Below are positions 1-8,753 of a stretch of 32,000 bases of DNA, one piece after another (position 1 is the stretch's first letter; the number at the start of each line of letters is the position of its first letter). The notes under the pieces were generated by a model. The model did no database searches. It saw only the letters and a program-made list of their open reading frames with translations, and was not told the origin of the DNA. A program made the translations under genes and the position numbers. This DNA is from Synechococcus sp. A15-28 (GTDB taxonomy: Bacteria > Cyanobacteriota > Cyanobacteriia > PCC-6307 > Cyanobiaceae): assembly GCF_014280175.1 (NCBI RefSeq), contig NZ_CP047931.1, forward strand, positions 510,001 to 542,000. Direction: 5' to 3'.

Positions 1-383
1 TGCAGCGCCTTGAGCAGATGGCCTTTGCCCACCAGATCGCGGCTGCAGAGCCCTTGGCAGCCGGCGGCTGTGGCGGCTTCGATCGTGCTGCGCAGTGGCC
101 GCTGGATCAGCATCAAGCAGATCAGCTGCGGTTGCAGGGCTCGGGCCTGCTGCACCAGAGAGGAACCATCACCGCTCTCCAGCAGATCACTGCAGATCAA
201 CAGATCCGCTGGGGTGTGCTCCAGGCAGGAGAGGGCGTCGGCTTCGCTGGTGGTGACCCCGACCAGCGGACCGATGGTGTCGAACAGGGCCACGACGCTG
301 GTGATCAGCACCCGGTCGGCGCTGGCGATCAGGCAGCGCCGGCGTCTGAGCTCGGAACGGCTGCGCTGCAGCGTTTCACGCAT
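1..383 (-). CDS. Response-regulator-like (receiver domain) protein, N-terminal part; runs off the left edge
   Basis: The reverse strand reads MRETLQRSRSELRRRRLLIASADRVLITSVVALFDTIGPLVGVTTSEADALSCLEHTPADLLICSDLLESGDGSSLVQQARALQPQLICLMLIQRP..., a receiver-like pattern (DLLICS, LESGDG, alternating hydrophobic strands). It is open to base 1. Confidence 0.65.
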   Translation of the reverse strand, partial: MRETLQRSRSELRRRRCLIASADRVLITSVVALFDTIGPLVGVTTSEADALSCLEHTPADLLICSDLLESGDGSSLVQQARALQPQLICLMLIQRPLRSTIEAATAAGCQGLCSRDLVGKGHLLKAL

Positions 384-518
384 GGCCGGCAGCTGAGCGG
401 TGAGGTTCAACGGTGGTGATGAACAGGCCTAAAGCAATGGTGGGCATTGGGTAAAACCGCACTGCCATCGAACACAGGAAGTCTGCAGAATTTCACTCAA
501 CAGACGACACGGGAGTGA

Positions 519-851
519 ATGGCATTTTTCGATTCCGACATCGTTCAGGACGAAGCCAAGCGCCTGTTCGGTGACTATCAGCAGCTGATGCAGCTGGGCA
601 GTGAATACGGCAAGTTCGACCGGGAGGGCAAGAAGAAGTTCATCGAGACGATGGAGGAGCTGATGGGTCGCTACCGGGTGTTCATGAAACGCTTCGAGCT
701 GTCGGAGGACTTCCAGGCCAAGCTCACCGTTGAGCAGCTGCGAACGCAGCTGGGGCAGTTCGGCATCACCCCGGAGCAGATGTTTGAGCAGATGAACGCC
801 ACCCTGGAGCGGATGAAGGCCCAGATCGAGCTGCCGCCTTCAGGCACCTGA
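519..851 (+). CDS. DUF1825-family conserved cyanobacterial protein
   Basis: 110 aa ORF MAFFDSDIVQDEAKRLFGDYQQLMQLGSEYGKFDREGKKKFIETMEELMGRYRVFMKRFELSEDFQAKLT..., which matches the known cyanobacterial DUF1825 pattern. Confidence 0.85.
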   Translation: MAFFDSDIVQDEAKRLFGDYQQLMQLGSEYGKFDREGKKKFIETMEELMGRYRVFMKRFELSEDFQAKLTVEQLRTQLGQFGITPEQMFEQMNATLERMKAQIELPPSGT

Positions 852-890
852 GTCACCCGTACGATCGCGGGCGCACGCCAACAGCGCCCC

Positions 891-2138
891 ATGCCGGAGT
901 CCACCCCGTCGTTGCCGGATTGGCTGTCCCGGGGCATGGCCGACCTGTTTCCGGCCGGGGATCCCAGCGATGCGGATCAGGCTCTGGCCGCACGCCTGGT
1001 GCAGGCAGAGAAAGAGGGCCGGCCGCTGCGGGTGAAGCTGGGCATCGACCCCACCGGCAGCAACATTCACCTGGGCCACAGCATCCTGTTCCGCAAGCTG
1101 CGAGCCTTTCAGGACGCGGGTCACACAGCGGTGCTGATCATCGGCGATTTCACCGCGCGGATCGGGGATCCCACCGGCAAGAGCGCCACGCGGGTGCAGC
1201 TGAGCAAGGAGGACGTGGCCGCCAACGCCTCCACTTACCTGCGTCAGCTGGGGCAAGACCAATCGAAAGAGACGGCGCTGCTGGATTTCGAAACCCCCGG
1301 CCGCCTTGAGGTGCGATACAACTCTGAGTGGCTGGAGGGGATGGACCTGCCGGCGGTGATCGGCCTGCTGGGCACCGGCACGGTGGGCCAGATGCTGGCC
1401 AAGGACGACTTCTCCAAGCGCTATGGAAGCGGCACCCCGATTGCCCTGCATGAATTCCTCTACCCGCTGCTGCAGGGCTACGACTCGGTGGCGGTGAACG
1501 CCGATGTGGAGCTGGGGGGCACCGATCAGAAGTTCAACGTGGCCATGGGCCGCGACCTGCAGCGCCATTTCGACAAGGGCACCCAGTTCGGCCTGCTGCT
1601 CCCGATCCTGGTGGGTCTGGATGGGGTGCAGAAGATGAGCAAGAGCCTCGGCAACGTGGTGGGGCTGGAGGAGGATCCGCTCTCGATGTACTCCAAGCTG
1701 GAGAAGGTCGGCGATGGGGCGATCAACGACTACGTCACGTTGCTGACGGATCTCGATCTGTCGGCGTTGCCGGAGAACCCTCGCGAAAAGCAGAAGGCGA
1801 TGGCCCTGGCGGTGACCGCCAGCCGCCATGGGATAGAGGCGGCCGAGAAGGCCCAGGCCGATGCCGCCAGCCTGGTGGGCGGTGCCGGTGATGCGGCGGC
1901 GGAGGTGCCGGAGGCGTCGCTGGCGGAGGTGAACTTCCCGGCCAAGGCCTTTTATCTGCTCAGTGCCGTGGGCATCTGCGCCAGCAGCAGCGAGGCCCGC
2001 CGCCAGATCAAGGGTGGTGCGGCGCGGCTGGAGGGAGAGAAGATCACCGATCCCAACCAGGAGTTCGCCTCGGCGGCGGAGCTGGAGGGCAAGGTGCTGC
2101 AGCTGGGCAAGAAGACCTTCCGGCGCTTGGTGGCCTGA
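891..2138 (+). CDS. tyrS: Tyrosyl-tRNA synthetase
   Basis: 415 aa ORF with class I aaRS motifs ([15 protein letters not shown]; KMSKSLGN) and a C-terminal S4-like domain ([13 protein letters not shown]). Confidence 0.97.
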   Translation: MPESTPSLPDWLSRGMADLFPAGDPSDADQALAARLVQAEKEGRPLRVKLGIDPTGSNIHLGHSILFRKLRAFQDAGHTAVLIIGDFTARIGDPTGKSATRVQLSKEDVAANASTYLRQLGQDQSKETALLDFETPGRLEVRYNSEWLEGMDLPAVIGLLGTGTVGQMLAKDDFSKRYGSGTPIALHEFLYPLLQGYDSVAVNADVELGGTDQKFNVAMGRDLQRHFDKGTQFGLLLPILVGLDGVQKMSKSLGNVVGLEEDPLSMYSKLEKVGDGAINDYVTLLTDLDLSALPENPREKQKAMALAVTASRHGIEAAEKAQADAASLVGGAGDAAAEVPEASLAEVNFPAKAFYLLSAVGICASSSEARRQIKGGAARLEGEKITDPNQEFASAAELEGKVLQLGKKTFRRLVA

Positions 2139-2860
2139 TGGCCTGTTTCGATCCCGCCGATCGGATCATCGTGGCCCTCGATGGCATGGCGCCCGAGCAG
2201 GCGCTGAGGTTTGCGGCTCAGGTGGATGGACTGCGCTGGGTGAAGGTGGGTCTGGAGCTGTTCGTGCAGGCCGGCCCAGAGGTGGTGGCCCTGCTGCGGG
2301 AGCAGGGGTTGCGGGTGTTCCTGGATCTCAAATTTCACGACATCCCCGCCACCATGGCGGGGGCCTGCCGGCGGGCGGCGGCGTTGGGGGCGGAGCTGAT
2401 CACGGTGCATGCCTGCTCCGGCAGCGAAGCGCTGCAGGCGGCTCAGGCCGCGGCTGTTGAGGGAGCCCAAACAGCAGGTCTCGATGCCCCAACGCTGCTG
2501 GCGGTGACGGTGCTCACCAGTTGGCAGGAGCAGCGGCTGCAACGGGAACTCGCCATCACGCAGGGCATCGCCGAACGGGTGCCGGCGTTGGCGCAGTTGT
2601 CGGCGACCGCCGGCATCGGCGGTTGTGTTTGCTCACCCTTGGAAGCCTCGGCGCTGCGGGCCCAGCACCCCGAACCGTTTGCACTTGTTACGCCAGGCAT
2701 TCGCCCCAAAGGGACTGCGATTGGTGATCAGGCCCGGGTGATGGGGCCGGCGGAGGCGCTCGCAGCAGGAGCCAGCCAGCTGGTGATCGGCCGGCCGATC
2801 AGCAAGGCTGACGATCCAAGCGCCGCGTTTGCCGCCTGCTGCGCTGAGCTCATTGGCTGA
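2138..2860 (+). CDS. pyrF: Orotidine 5'-phosphate decarboxylase
   Basis: 240 aa ORF with [27 protein letters not shown] and VTPGIRPKG motifs. It starts at the last base of the tyrS stop codon. Confidence 0.96.
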   Translation: MACFDPADRIIVALDGMAPEQALRFAAQVDGLRWVKVGLELFVQAGPEVVALLREQGLRVFLDLKFHDIPATMAGACRRAAALGAELITVHACSGSEALQAAQAAAVEGAQTAGLDAPTLLAVTVLTSWQEQRLQRELAITQGIAERVPALAQLSATAGIGGCVCSPLEASALRAQHPEPFALVTPGIRPKGTAIGDQARVMGPAEALAAGASQLVIGRPISKADDPSAAFAACCAELIG

Positions 2861-2879
2861 TCGCTGCAGGCGGCAGTGC

Positions 2880-3518
2880 TCAAGACTTCTGCCCGATCCT
2901 GGGTTCAGTCCCCGCAATCAACCGCTCGATGTTGCTGCGATGGCGCCAGAGCACCATCAGGCTGGCCACAAGCGACACCACCACATAGGCGCTGCTGCCG
3001 CCGGAGAGCAACATCAGCACAGGCAATCCGATGGCGGCCACCACGCTGGAGAGCGACACGATCCGGAAGATCGAGATCACGGCCATGAATAGGCCAAAGC
3101 AGGCCAGCCCCACCGGCCAGGCCAGTCCCAGGAACATGCCCAGGCCGGTGGCCACCGCTTTGCCGCCCTTCCAGCCCAGCCACACCGGCCAGATGTGACC
3201 GGCCAACGCCGCCAGGCCCGCCAGCACCTGAAGCCAGTCATTCAGTCCAAAACTTTTCGCCAGCAGCACCGCCAGGGCGCCTTTGCCCACATCCAGCAGA
3301 AACACCACCAGTGCAGGGCCTTTGCCCACATTGCGCAGCACGTTGGTGGCGCCGGTGCTGCCGGAGCCGCAGGTGCGCAGGTCGATGCCCTTGAGCCAGC
3401 GGCCGGCGAGATAGCCGCTGGGGGTCGACCCCAGCAGGTAGCCGATGGCCAGGAGCAGCAGGGCGGTGAGGATCACAAGAACGAGACAGGCTGCTGGATC
3501 GCGCAGGAATGGAAGCAC
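2880..3518 (-). CDS. plsY: Glycerol-3-phosphate acyltransferase PlsY
   Basis: 212 aa membrane protein with GSTPSGYLAGR, GSGSTGATNVLR and GHIWPVWLGWKGGKAVATGLG motifs. Confidence 0.95.
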   Translation of the reverse strand: MLPFLRDPAACLVLVILTALLLLAIGYLLGSTPSGYLAGRWLKGIDLRTCGSGSTGATNVLRNVGKGPALVVFLLDVGKGALAVLLAKSFGLNDWLQVLAGLAALAGHIWPVWLGWKGGKAVATGLGMFLGLAWPVGLACFGLFMAVISIFRIVSLSSVVAAIGLPVLMLLSGGSSAYVVVSLVASLMVLWRHRSNIERLIAGTEPRIGQKS

Positions 3519-3589
3519 AGCGCGGGGCGGTTTGCACGGAGCCTGGCTTGGCTTGGTCGACTAAGTTGGTTGAGGTGGATCAGGTTGTG

Positions 3590-3847
3590 ATGAAGCAGGT
3601 CAACATGCATGAGGCCAAAACCCATTTATCGCGCTTGGTGGATGAGGCGGCAGCCGGTCAGTCGTTTGTGATCTGCAAGGCCGGTAAGCCGATGGTGCGC
3701 GTCACACCACTGAACCAGTCCGACGAAGCGGCCCCTGTTCGTTCACGGTTGGGAATGTTGAGGGGGCAGTTGTCTGTGCCGGACGACTTCGATCGCATGG
3801 GCCAGGAGGAGATTGCCGATTTGTTTGAAGGGATCGGCGAGCGCTGA
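3590..3847 (+). CDS. Phd/YefM-family type II antitoxin
   Basis: From ATG 3590: MKQVNMHEAKTHLSRLVDEAAAGQSFVICKAGKPMVRVTPL..., the typical N-terminal Phd/YefM fold. It is directly upstream of a PIN-domain ORF. Confidence 0.88.
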   Translation: MKQVNMHEAKTHLSRLVDEAAAGQSFVICKAGKPMVRVTPLNQSDEAAPVRSRLGMLRGQLSVPDDFDRMGQEEIADLFEGIGER

Positions 3848-4236
3848 TGCAGTTGTTGTTGGACACCCACCTTCTTCTGTGGGCCGTGGATCAGCCTGAA
3901 CGCTTGGATGCAGCGCTGATTCAGATGCTTGAAGACCCGTTAAACACCCCGGTGTTCAGCGTGGTGAGCCTCTGGGAACTGGTGATCAAACGGGGCCTGG
4001 ATCGGCCTGACTTTCAGGTGGAGCCCTCTTTGATCCGCCATGCCCTATTGGAGGGTGGTTGGCGCGAGTTGCCTGTGGAGGCCCACCATGCATTTGCCGT
4101 GGGGCAGTTGCCGGCGCTGCATCGAGATCCCTTCGATCGCTTGTTGCTGGCCCAGGCACAAGCCGATGGCCTGTTGCTGATCACCGCGGATCAGCTGCTT
4201 GCGCAAAACCCAGGCCCTGTGCGCCGGATGGACTGA
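3847..4236 (+). CDS. PIN-domain (VapC-like) toxin
   Basis: 129 aa ORF LLLDTHLLLWAVDQPERL...SVVSLWELVIKRGL...LPALHRDPFDRLLLAQAQADGLLLITAD, with PIN acidic residues in typical context. Overlaps the antitoxin stop by 1 nt. Confidence 0.9.
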   Translation: MQLLLDTHLLLWAVDQPERLDAALIQMLEDPLNTPVFSVVSLWELVIKRGLDRPDFQVEPSLIRHALLEGGWRELPVEAHHAFAVGQLPALHRDPFDRLLLAQAQADGLLLITADQLLAQNPGPVRRMD

Positions 4237-4240
4237 CGGT

Positions 4241-5197
4241 CTACAGCAGATCATCGTCGTCGAGGCGTTCGCCCGGACCAGCCGCGAAGGCCAGCCAGAG
4301 CGGGAACTGCAGCACGGGGATGTCGATGCTGCGCTCGGCGGCATCGATCAGGATCAGCGGCACTTCGCCCCGTTCCTCCAGCCGGTCGGCCCGTTCCACC
4401 AGGGCTTCTGGCCGTTCGAACAGCACGATGCCGCTGCTGGGGCCGAAGTCTTCCCGGCCCAGGCCCAGGGCATCCTGCAGGCCCCGTCGCCATTCGCCGA
4501 GCCGTTCCGGGCCGCCGGCCAGCACTAGGCACTGGAACTGATCGCCGTAGAGCTCGCCGATGATCGCGATCAGCGCCGCGCTGGCCAGGATGTTGCGGGG
4601 CCGGGTGCCGCGGCTGGGCTGGGCCCCACGGCCCCCTTGGTTGAAGAACCAGTCCTCCAATAGGGCGATGTCCTTGGCATCGACGCTACGACGCAGGTTC
4701 CAGGGGTCGGCGTAGACGTCCGGCTGTTGGAGGAAGCGCTGCAGCGAATCGCGGATCAGCGTTTCGTCGGGGCGGAAGGTGTCGGCCACCGCCGGTGCTG
4801 GGCTGCTCTCATCGGTGCTCGCCGGTGCCGCTGCGTTGCTGGCGGCCTGATCCAGCGGTGAGGGTTGCACCACCATCGGCTGCACCACCAGTTCCAGGCT
4901 TTCCACGCTCTGCACCAGGCCCTGCAGGGCGCCGCCCAGGTACTCCTGGAAGCCCTTTACCCGGCGGGCGATGGCATCGGATTGGCCGGCAAAGCTGGTT
5001 TTCAGTTCGGCCTCCAGCTGTTGCTTGCGGCTGGTCATCTCGGCGATCTCCGCCTCCAGGGCATCGCGGCGCTGCTGCAGATCCTTCAGCGCCAGCTCCA
5101 TCACCGGGTTGTCTGCGCTGGGTGACGGCTCGGTGTCGGATGCCTGCGGGGTCAGGGCGGTGTCGTCGGGCATTGCGTCAGCGGCCGTGCTCTCCAT
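4241..5197 (-). CDS. DUF3086-family protein
   Basis: Coiled-coil N-terminal segment (LKDLQQRRDALEAEIAEMTSRKQQLEAELKTSFAGQSDAIARRVKGFQEYLGGALQGLVQSVESLE) and a conserved C-terminal domain. The open frame extends to 5230; the start (MESTAAD, 5197) is uncertain. Confidence 0.75.
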   Translation of the reverse strand: MESTAADAMPDDTALTPQASDTEPSPSADNPVMELALKDLQQRRDALEAEIAEMTSRKQQLEAELKTSFAGQSDAIARRVKGFQEYLGGALQGLVQSVESLELVVQPMVVQPSPLDQAASNAAAPASTDESSPAPAVADTFRPDETLIRDSLQRFLQQPDVYADPWNLRRSVDAKDIALLEDWFFNQGGRGAQPSRGTRPRNILASAALIAIIGELYGDQFQCLVLAGGPERLGEWRRGLQDALGLGREDFGPSSGIVLFERPEALVERADRLEERGEVPLILIDAAERSIDIPVLQFPLWLAFAAGPGERLDDDDLL

Positions 5198-5262
5198 CGC
5201 CCCATTCCAGCTGACCGGAGGCCCAGGCACCAGTTGCGCCCTGGATTGAAAGGTTTTGGTGT

Positions 5263-5301
5263 GATATTTTCACGATATAGGGTGTAAATTGTGAAAATAT
5301 C
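5263..5301. promoter_or_regulatory. Perfect 11-bp inverted repeat GATATTTTCAC...GTGAAAATATC in an AT-rich spacer; candidate operator/promoter element
   Basis: GATATTTTCAC at 5263-5273 and its exact reverse complement at 5291-5301, 17 nt apart, between the HEPN stop and the DUF3086 start. Confidence 0.4.
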
Positions 5302-5305
5302 GTGC

Positions 5306-5698
5306 TTAGGCTTTGATCGTGTTCTTGGCGAACGCCAGCACCTGCTCCGCAACGTTGCGCGCCTCGTTACTGTCCTGCTCATCGAAGCGATCGGCCGGTG
5401 CTTCGCTGTCGCTTGGGTAGCGGGTTTCGCTGTTCATTCGGCTGAGGGCTTTGAGCCGTATCTCACGCAGCGGTTGCACATCCAGCCCCGCTGATTCGAG
5501 GTTGTCGACCAGGCGATCCAGAGCATGGCTGTAGGGCGGCAGGGCGTCCAGGGAAATCAACAGGGCCTTCAGTGCCTTCTCCGCTGCCTGGCCGTAGTGG
5601 TAACAGGCCTGACTGTGAAAACCTTGTTGGGCGGTGAGTTCTGCGACGGCCCAATCGCTGTTGGCCTGCCGCATCCAGGCATCAATGCGTGGTGTCAT
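5306..5698 (-). CDS. HEPN-domain protein (toxin partner of an MNT/HEPN module)
   Basis: MTPRIDAWMRQANSDWAVAELTAQQGFHSQACYHYGQAAEKALKALLISLDALPPYSHALDRL..., the HEPN pattern (FHSQACYHYGQAAEKALKA). Confidence 0.87.
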   Translation of the reverse strand: MTPRIDAWMRQANSDWAVAELTAQQGFHSQACYHYGQAAEKALKALLISLDALPPYSHALDRLVDNLESAGLDVQPLREIRLKALSRMNSETRYPSDSEAPADRFDEQDSNEARNVAEQVLAFAKNTIKA

Positions 5699-6036
5699 GA
5701 CAGCCCCAGCCGCACGGCATCCAGGCCGATGGCGCGCCAGTAGGGGTCGTCGCCGTTGCGGCGCTCCTGCCATTCCAGCTCGGTCAGCGCCAGCACGTCG
5801 TCGGCCATTCCCAGATCCAGCACCGCATCCGCCAGCTCGCTGGCCTGGCTGCGGTTCGGGGCAACGGCCAGCACATCCACATCCGAAAAGGCATCCCAGT
5901 CGCCCCGGGCCCAGGAGCCGAACAGCCAGAGGCTGGCGCCGGGATGTTCAGCCAGCACGCTGCTGGCCTGCTGATGCAGTCCCTTGAGCCGCTCGGCCTG
6001 CTTGCGGCGGCGGATATCGGCAACCGTCATGCCCAT
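5695..6036 (-). CDS. MNT-type minimal nucleotidyltransferase (antitoxin partner of HEPN)
   Basis: LWLFGSWARGDWDAFSDVDVLAV is the GSxxRG...SDxD nucleotidyltransferase motif. 4-nt overlap with the downstream HEPN ORF. Confidence 0.88.
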   Translation of the reverse strand: MGMTVADIRRRKQAERLKGLHQQASSVLAEHPGASLWLFGSWARGDWDAFSDVDVLAVAPNRSQASELADAVLDLGMADDVLALTELEWQERRNGDDPYWRAIGLDAVRLGLS

Positions 6037-6075
6037 GCCTCGACGCTATGGGCAGATCGCCCGTGCTGCAAGCGC

Positions 6076-6477
6076 TCAATCAGCGTTGCTGGCCGGCACC
6101 TCCAGGGCTCCCACCCGCAGCTCCAGCTGCTCCCGCAGCTGCTTGGGGCTGAACAGGATCGGCAGGAAGTGAATGCTCTGGGTCTCGCGGAAATAGAGCA
6201 GCCCCGGTAGCCAGGGGGCGAACAGGCGCCAGGTGAGCCATTGGCCGTAGGGGAAGCGGCGCAGCTCACGGCTGTTCTGCCACACGATCAGGGCCTTCTC
6301 TTCGAATTCCAGCCGCAGGCTGGCCGTCTGGATCAGCAGAAACACACCGAACAGCACCACCACCACCGTCGGCCAGGGCGAGAGCGGCAGTGGCAACAAG
6401 GCCAGCCCGAAGGCCACCACCAGCAGCGGCAGCCGCACGTCAGGTTTCAGCGTGACGCTTTCAGGAGTTGAGCTCAT
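6076..6477 (-). CDS. DUF3119-family protein
   Basis: 133 aa with N-terminal hydrophobic hairpin and ...IQTASLRLEFEEKALIVWQNSRELRRFPYGQWLTWRLFAPWLPGLLYFRETQSIHFLPILF. Overlaps the upstream MlaE-like gene by 4 nt. Confidence 0.75.
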   Translation of the reverse strand: MSSTPESVTLKPDVRLPLLVVAFGLALLPLPLSPWPTVVVVLFGVFLLIQTASLRLEFEEKALIVWQNSRELRRFPYGQWLTWRLFAPWLPGLLYFRETQSIHFLPILFSPKQLREQLELRVGALEVPASNAD

Positions 6478-7223
6478 GCGCCGAACAGCACCTGGGTGAG
6501 AACGACGTCCATCATTGACACAAGAATCAGGATCATGACGACCGCTCCGGTGGTGCTGGTGCCCACCTCCTTGGGTCCGCCCTTGGTGGTGAGGCCCCAG
6601 CCGCAGGCCACCACCGCGATGATCAGCCCGAAGACCAGGGCTTTCACCAGCATGAAGGGCAGGTCCAAAGGATCCATCCAGGTGCGCACGGAGGTCCAGA
6701 ACACCGCCGGCGGAATGTTATAAAGCGCCGTGCTGGTGATCTGGCCACTCCACACCGCCATCAGGAAGAAGAAGAAGCACTGCACCGGCGCCATCACCAC
6801 CATCGCGATCACGCGCGGCACCACCAGGTACTCCACCGGATCGGTGCGCAGCATCGTGATCGCATCGATCTGTTCGGTCACCTTCATCGTGCCCAGCTGC
6901 GCGGCATAGGCAGTGGCTACCTTGCCCGCCAGCAGGCAGGAGGTGAGCAGCGGTGCGATCTCCCGGGCCAGGCCGACCGCCAGGATGCCGCCCACGGTGG
7001 AGCCCGCCCCCTGGCGGGTGAGTTCAGCGGCCACCTGGATGTTGAACACCGAGCCGGCGGCGATCGCGATGATCAGCACGATCAGAACGCTGGCCGGGCC
7101 GGCCTCCATCAACTGGTCCTGCAGGTCCACGGTGTTGATTCGGCCCCGCAGTGTGGCTGTCACGGTCTGGCCACCGATCAACAGGCTGGCGCCCAGTCGT
7201 TTCAGCCAGCGGGGAGAGGTCAT
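6474..7223 (-). CDS. MlaE/Ycf63-family lipid ABC transporter permease
   Basis: 249 aa: FNIQVAAELTRQGAGSTVGGILAVGLAREIAPLLTSCLLAGKVATAYAAQLGTMKVTEQIDAITMLRTDPVEYLVVPRVIAM..., an MlaE-family signature. Confidence 0.92.
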   Translation of the reverse strand: MTSPRWLKRLGASLLIGGQTVTATLRGRINTVDLQDQLMEAGPASVLIVLIIAIAAGSVFNIQVAAELTRQGAGSTVGGILAVGLAREIAPLLTSCLLAGKVATAYAAQLGTMKVTEQIDAITMLRTDPVEYLVVPRVIAMVVMAPVQCFFFFLMAVWSGQITSTALYNIPPAVFWTSVRTWMDPLDLPFMLVKALVFGLIIAVVACGWGLTTKGGPKEVGTSTTGAVVMILILVSMMDVVLTQVLFGA

Positions 7224-8590
7224 CCGGCGGAGGCCTGCAGATGGGCGCCACGGTCTGGCCAGCCTCGCATCACCACAAGGCCAATCAGCACAAGGATGGC
7301 AGGAATCAGACCCATGCAGAGCCGGATCGCCAGCAGGGCTGAATCCGGCTGTTCGATGAAACTCAGCGCCCCACTGCAGTCGCCCTGGCTGGAGATGTAG
7401 CCCGTGAGCGAGAGCAGGCTGCCGAACACCGACATGGTGAGACCGATGATCAGCTTCTGGCCGAAGATCATCCAGGCGGTGTAGAGCCCGGCAGGCTTGC
7501 CCGGATCAGCGTCGATCGCGTCGGGCAGCAGCGACCAGGGGATCAGATAGGCGGTGGCAGCGCCCACCCCCACCAGGGCAATCAGTCCGATCAAGGGCAG
7601 CAGTTGCAGCAGGCCGGGATCCGCCGCCAGAGGCGGGAACAGCATCGACAGCAGGCAGGCGCTGATCCATAGCCCCGCACCCCAGCGCAGGGTTCCCACG
7701 CGGCCGATGCGGTTGCTGAGGTTGCTCCACAGCTGAAGCCCCAGCAGGGCGGCGATCTGGAAGGGCAGCAGGATCCAGGTGGAGAGGTTGGCGGGCACAT
7801 GCACCACCTGCACCAGCCAGATCAAGGCCACCACCTGCATCAGTTGCAGGCCGAACCAGAGCAGCAGGTAGAGCCCCAGCACCTTGCGGAAGCGGGGGTT
7901 GGCCAGCACCCGTTTGAGCTGTTGCATCGGCGCTTCGTTGTTGGGCACCGGCCGTTGGGCCCGCTTGGCGTAGGGGGCCAGCCCCCAGCAGCAGAGCAGC
8001 GTGGTGGCGGCGGCGATGCTGCCGGTGATTCGGCCCATGGCCAGGTAGCCCCCGCCTCCATCGGTGAGCACCACCGAGGCCACGATCAGTCCGCTCAGGC
8101 CCGCCAGGATCGACCCGCTGAACCGCGCCGCATTCAGGCGAGTGCGAAGGGCGGTGTCCGGCGTGAGTTCGGTGCTGAGGGCGGCGTAGGGCAGGTTGAC
8201 GCTGGTGTAAGCGGTCATCAGCAAGACCGCCATCACGGCGTAGTACGTGGTGCGCTGCACCGTGTCGCCGGGGGGCACCCACCATATCGCCGCCAGACTG
8301 ATGCCCAGGGGCAGGGCGGCCGTGAGCATCCAGGGCAGCCGCGGGCCCCAGCGGCTGTTGGTGTGATCGCTGAGCCAGCCGATCAACGGGTCATTCAGCG
8401 CGTCCCAGACCTTGCTCACCGTGAGCAGGGAGCCGGCGATGAAGGCCGGCAGGCCTGCGGCGCAGATGAAAAAGGGGAAGAGATAGAACCCGAGCTGGGT
8501 GGCGGCAAGCCCGGTGCCGGCATCACCCAGGCCGTAGGCCAGCATCAATCGGCGTCGGGAAGCCCCGTCGATTGCGTCGGACGATGTCAC
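7220..8590 (-). CDS. MFS transporter, glycoside-pentoside-hexuronide (GPH)-like
   Basis: Multi-TM ORF: LAYGLGDAGTGLAATQLGFYLFPFF...GLPAFIAGSLLTVSKVWDALNDPLIGWLSDHTNSRWGPRLPWML.... GTG start at 8590 chosen by eye. Confidence 0.85.
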   Translation of the reverse strand: MTSSDAIDGASRRRLMLAYGLGDAGTGLAATQLGFYLFPFFICAAGLPAFIAGSLLTVSKVWDALNDPLIGWLSDHTNSRWGPRLPWMLTAALPLGISLAAIWWVPPGDTVQRTTYYAVMAVLLMTAYTSVNLPYAALSTELTPDTALRTRLNAARFSGSILAGLSGLIVASVVLTDGGGGYLAMGRITGSIAAATTLLCCWGLAPYAKRAQRPVPNNEAPMQQLKRVLANPRFRKVLGLYLLLWFGLQLMQVVALIWLVQVVHVPANLSTWILLPFQIAALLGLQLWSNLSNRIGRVGTLRWGAGLWISACLLSMLFPPLAADPGLLQLLPLIGLIALVGVGAATAYLIPWSLLPDAIDADPGKPAGLYTAWMIFGQKLIIGLTMSVFGSLLSLTGYISSQGDCSGALSFIEQPDSALLAIRLCMGLIPAILVLIGLVVMRGWPDRGAHLQASAG

Positions 8591-8679
8591 GCTGAGGCAG
8601 GGGGCAGGCGGACCGCCATAATGCAGGTGTGCTGAAGCACTGACCACCCCATCAAGGGCTGTGGTTCAGATGTACCAGT

Positions 8680-8750
8680 GCGGGTGTTGTGTAATGGTAA
8701 GACCTCAGCCTTCCAAGCTGATGACACGGGTTCGATTCCCGTCACCCGCT
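8680..8750 (+). tRNA. tRNA-Gly (anticodon TCC)
   Basis: GCGGGTG acceptor pairs with CACCCGC. Anticodon arm TCAGC-CTTCCAA-GCTGA and T-arm with GGTTCGATTCC. 71 nt. Confidence 0.96.
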
Positions 8751-8753
8751 TCC

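Noticed and set aside
840-1829. 329-aa minus-strand ORF
   Set aside because: Antisense to tyrS with shadow composition. The tyrS HIGH and KMSKS motifs establish the coding strand.
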